Shown: positions 60,387 through 64,000 of the stretch, in pieces | Layout of the letters: every line of letters starts with the position of its first letter | Numbering within the stretch: the first letter of the stretch is position 1 | Assembly: GCA_963666285.1 (NCBI GenBank) | Contig: OY762711.1 | Length of the DNA: 64,000 nt | Source: Sedimentisphaerales bacterium | Lineage (GTDB): Bacteria; Planctomycetota; Phycisphaerae; Sedimentisphaerales; SM23-30 | Strand: one strand, 5' to 3' | Notes under the pieces: generated by a model | Seen by the model: the letters and a program-made list of their open reading frames with translations, nothing else | Told to the model about the DNA's origin: nothing | Database searches by the model: none | Position numbers and translations under genes: made by a program

Positions 60387-61367
60387 TTACAGTTTTTCCA
60401 CAATATCTGCTGTATGATACGAAATGATCAGTCCGGCACCGGCACGCTTAAAACCCAGCAGGATTTCTCTAACAATCGCCTCTTCTTCCAGCCAGCCATT
60501 TGCAGCTGCCGCCTTGACCATAGCATACTCGCCTGAAACATTATATACCGCTATAGGAATATTAAACGTGCTTTTGATTTGAGCAATCACATCCATATAA
60601 GCCAAACCGGGTTTGACCATAACAATGTCAGCTCCTTCTTCAATATCAAGCTCGACTTCACGCAATGCTTCTTCAACATTTGCCGTGTCCATCTGATGAC
60701 TACGCCTATCTCCAAAACTGGGACTGCCTTGAGCCGCATCACGAAATGGACCGTAAAATGATGAGGCATATTTTGCTGAATATGACATGATTGGTACCCC
60801 GCCATGGCCGGAACTATCCAATGCCGAACGGATCGAAGCGACCTGCCCGTCTATCATACCAGAGGGTGCTACCATATCTGCACCGGCATCAGCATGAGTC
60901 TTAACCTGAACCGCCAGATTTTCACAGGTCAAAGAATGCTCAAGGATCATTTTATCACCCCTGGCAACCATAACTCCACAATGGCCATGATCGGTATATT
61001 CACAAAAACAAACATCTGTTATTATATACATCTCCGGAACTGCTTTTTTTAGCGCCTCAACTGCTCGCTGGATTATACCTGTCGAACTCATAGCATCACT
61101 TCCGATCGCATCTTTTTGTTCCGGTATACCAAACAAGATAATAGATTTTACCCCTTTATTATATATATCCTTTACATAATCACAGGCCTTGTCTATCGAA
61201 AATTGATACTGACCGGGCATTGATGATATCTCTTTACAAAGATTGTCACCATAATGGACAAACACTGGTTGGATTAAATCATATGCATTTAATGAGTTTT
61301 CACTCATCATGGATCGAATTGTTGCGCATGAACGAAGTCTGCTAAGCCTGGTTTGAGGGTGTCGCAT
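60387..61367 (-). CDS. hemB: Porphobilinogen synthase (Zn-type)
   Basis: DVCFCEYTDHGHCG, APSGMIDG, YGPFRDA, MVKP; start at MRHPQ. Confidence 0.96.
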   Translation of the reverse strand: MRHPQTRLSRLRSCATIRSMMSENSLNAYDLIQPVFVHYGDNLCKEISSMPGQYQFSIDKACDYVKDIYNKGVKSIILFGIPEQKDAIGSDAMSSTGIIQRAVEALKKAVPEMYIITDVCFCEYTDHGHCGVMVARGDKMILEHSLTCENLAVQVKTHADAGADMVAPSGMIDGQVASIRSALDSSGHGGVPIMSYSAKYASSFYGPFRDAAQGSPSFGDRRSHQMDTANVEEALREVELDIEEGADIVMVKPGLAYMDVIAQIKSTFNIPIAVYNVSGEYAMVKAAAANGWLEEEAIVREILLGFKRAGAGLIISYHTADIVEKL

Positions 61368-61381
61368 TTTTGCTCTCTTTT

Positions 61382-61939
61382 TTATTTTATCAGCTTCTGG
61401 ATTGACTTGAACTGAGGATGTTTGCTGCCGACTGTCATCTCCAGTATTACTGTTTCTGTTGTTGTTACTATTGCCCCGGATTCCGCCATCCGGCTCAATG
61501 CATATTTGCAATCGAAATTATTTCGGGAACTTACTGCGTCTGCCAGGACAAAGACATCTCTACCCAACTCCAATAAATCAAGGACTGTCTGCAAAACACA
61601 CACATGAGCTTCGATACCCGCAACTATTATCTGGCTGCGTCCCTGTTTTAGTATTTCCTCTTTACATTTTTCTTCTGCCATACAACTAAATGTTGTTTTA
61701 TCTGGATAAAGCTGGTTCTTATCTAATTCCTTTTGAAGTTCGGAAACGGTTCTGCCAAGGCCTTTGGGATATTGCTCAGATACTGTTATCGGCACTTCCA
61801 ATAATTGTGCCGCCTTTACCATGGTGACACATTGTCTGATAACTCGTTTACTTCTCTTTATCGGCGAGACAAAAGCTTCCTGTACATCTATAATGAGCAG
61901 CATAGCCCTTTGCGGGTTAAGCTTCAGTAAATTCTGCAT
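61382..61939 (-). CDS. Isochorismatase-family hydrolase
   Basis: IIDVQE, SEQYPKGLGRT, GIEAHVCVLQT. Confidence 0.9.
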   Translation of the reverse strand: MQNLLKLNPQRAMLLIIDVQEAFVSPIKRSKRVIRQCVTMVKAAQLLEVPITVSEQYPKGLGRTVSELQKELDKNQLYPDKTTFSCMAEEKCKEEILKQGRSQIIVAGIEAHVCVLQTVLDLLELGRDVFVLADAVSSRNNFDCKYALSRMAESGAIVTTTETVILEMTVGSKHPQFKSIQKLIK

Positions 61940-62433
61940 AGCTTTTTCCTTTCATAGATAATAGCATATTATATGATAAAAATATTGTACCGCCCAGGTT
62001 ATCTTTTAGTCAAGCATTATAGACTACATATTTTTAGCCTTTAACTGAAGAAGGGAAAAAGCTCTTTTTTCCACTAAACACGTAAGGTCACTTATAATTT
62101 GCACTCCGATTGTTTCAGTGATATAATACAATCGAACAGGACAACTGGAGCTCACCCCAAAACCAACCCATATAAGATTTGTAGAATTTTTCTTAGCCGA
62201 ACAAAAATTTATCATAAATCTAAACAAAATAAACATTTAGATTGTTATTGTCTAAGCAGTATGATGAGTGGGGCCAAGCTTGAAAAACGCCTTAATAAGA
62301 CAGAATTTGTAATTGAAATTTTAATATTTTTTTGCTTTTTCACTTATAAAACATATTATGGTCTTAACAGATAATATTGAACATTAAATATGCACCACCT
62401 TTTCAAAGGTGTTTGAAAGCAACAACAGATATC

Positions 62434-63507
62434 ATGGAACATAAAAATAGAGATTTTATTGTGGGTGCTTTTGCCCTTATCGCAGTCGCCTGCTTTGGCT
62501 GGCTGGTTTTCATGTTTGGCGACCTGCCGGGATTCGTCAGCAAAATGGATGCCGATATTATTACTATATATTTCCCGGAAGTGCCCGGCATACAGGAAAG
62601 CTCTGCCGTCTTATTCAAAGGGTATCCGGTTGGTAAAGTTATTGATATCTCCCCACCTGTGGTAATGGAAAACAAAACCAATCCTGACCAAAAAATGTTC
62701 TCAAAAGTCGATGTTACAATTTCTAAAGAAATATTTATCCCTGAAAATATTAAACCAAAAATATTCCAGCGAGGGTTGGGGTCCAGCTATATTGAGCTTA
62801 CCCTGCCAAACGAACCGTCTGTTAATGGCTTAAAAAACGGCGATATCTTTAGCGGAGAACTCTCCCAGGGATCTGAGTTCATTTCGGAAGCTACCCAGAT
62901 TAAATTAGATAGTCTTATCGGTTCTCTTTCAAATTTGACCCAGAGCTTGCAAAGCCAGCTTACAACTACAACCCCTGAGATTGTTGATAACATTGACAAC
63001 GACGCCAACGCAAACCTTACCACTGCAATTATGAGGCTTGATACAACTCTTAAAAGCATAAATGATATTGTCGGCAATCAGCAGAATCAGCGTAATATTA
63101 TTAATATATTAGAAGATTTAGCCGAGGCCAGCTCCGAAGCCAAACTGCTGGTTAATTCTTCCAATGAATATATGAAACAAACCAGCGAAAACATTAATAA
63201 CCTCGTAGATTCAGCCGGCAAAACCGTCAATAATATTGATACCCGTACCAGGCTGTTGACTGATACTTTCAATGAAACCGCTCTAAAAGCTCAGACGGTT
63301 GAAGATGAATTGGTATTAACTATTAAATCATTAAGAATGGTCATTGAGCAGGCAACCGATGGCGAAGGCTCTATTGACAGCCTGCTCAACGATCCGAGTT
63401 TATATGAATCGTTAACCGATACTGCCAGGAAACTTACTATCACTTTAGAAGAGATGCGATCACTTCTGGAAATATGGCAGGAAAACGGCGTAAAAATGAA
63501 ACTCTAA
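62434..63507 (+). CDS. MlaD/MCE family protein
   Basis: DFIVGAF TM anchor, V.FKGYPVGKVIDI, GLGSSYIEL, helical tail with LLNDPSLY. Confidence 0.85.
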   Translation: MEHKNRDFIVGAFALIAVACFGWLVFMFGDLPGFVSKMDADIITIYFPEVPGIQESSAVLFKGYPVGKVIDISPPVVMENKTNPDQKMFSKVDVTISKEIFIPENIKPKIFQRGLGSSYIELTLPNEPSVNGLKNGDIFSGELSQGSEFISEATQIKLDSLIGSLSNLTQSLQSQLTTTTPEIVDNIDNDANANLTTAIMRLDTTLKSINDIVGNQQNQRNIINILEDLAEASSEAKLLVNSSNEYMKQTSENINNLVDSAGKTVNNIDTRTRLLTDTFNETALKAQTVEDELVLTIKSLRMVIEQATDGEGSIDSLLNDPSLYESLTDTARKLTITLEEMRSLLEIWQENGVKMKL

Positions 63508-64000
63508 TACAAGCGATTGAAACTAAGCTATAGATTTTAAATAATTTGAGCCAAATGGATCAACTGCAAGTCAGGTCCTATAAGTTTCCTTGGTACACCA
63601 TAAAAGAGTAGATTTCTTATAAGTTTAATTTTCTTTCCTTATTTGATCAATGTTTTAACCTCGGTTTACTTATCAGACCTTAACTAGCCTATTTCTTTTG
63701 TTTATGTATTTACCTGTTTAGCTAGCCCTGTCTTTAACATATCCCTTACATGCCAACCAATGGTTTTGCAGCCGCAATACCAACACACAGCTGGTTTCAA
63801 AACGCAGTACTAAAAATATTTTTAAATTTAACTAATAAAGTAGCATTTACAATAGTACGATTAGTAAAAAGAGAATTATTATATTAATAAATATATTACT
63901 ATATTAACTTTTTCTCGACCAATAGAGGTATGGTAATATCTGGCTGCGTTATGCCAAGGTTAAATTAAAGGTATTTATTATGACTTCTCAGACAGAACAA

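Noticed and set aside
63980..64000. ATG with AAAGG RBS at the window end
   Set aside because: Only 7 codons visible; cannot be assigned

Overview
Bacterial chromosomal window, most likely Planctomycetota (Phycisphaerae/Sedimentisphaerales-like). This is inferred from a dockerin-like double EF-hand C-terminus on a giant surface protein, a short PheT and an MTRINTN-type flagellin; no marker gene was checked. 1-14.6 kb (more GC- and C-rich by eye): partial HD-GYP/PilZ gene, TetR-RND efflux operon, secreted clan-GH-D-like hydrolase and an LPS kinase-heptosyltransferase fusion. The intergenic gaps up to 12 kb are filled with modular REP-like repeats. 14.6-39 kb: amidase, Kelch, radical SAM, STAS, an uncalled 56-aa ORF, a ~450-nt highly structured ncRNA candidate, an XRE+ACP module, TauE, a 2486-aa repeat surface protein directly followed by a divergent flagellin, then recG, nadE, mdh and others. 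39.0-39.8 kb: gene-free AT-rich DnaA-box cluster (candidate oriC with no dnaA in the window). 41-53 kb: divergent fucosidase/sugar catabolism locus. 53-64 kb: sigma54-driven Hsp20, GT2, orphan DNA MTase, pheT, sigma28-driven MCP, hemB, isochorismatase family, MlaD family. Most novel-looking signal: long RNA hairpins whose apical loops carry anti-Shine-Dalgarno sequences. One (31038-31051) is exactly complementary to the RBS of the giant surface protein 9.7 kb upstream, and one in the ncRNA is antisense to an RBS+ATG-ACA-AGG start typical of flagellins. No tRNA, rRNA, CRISPR array or transposase was recognised. All calls come from motif reading only; no searches were run.
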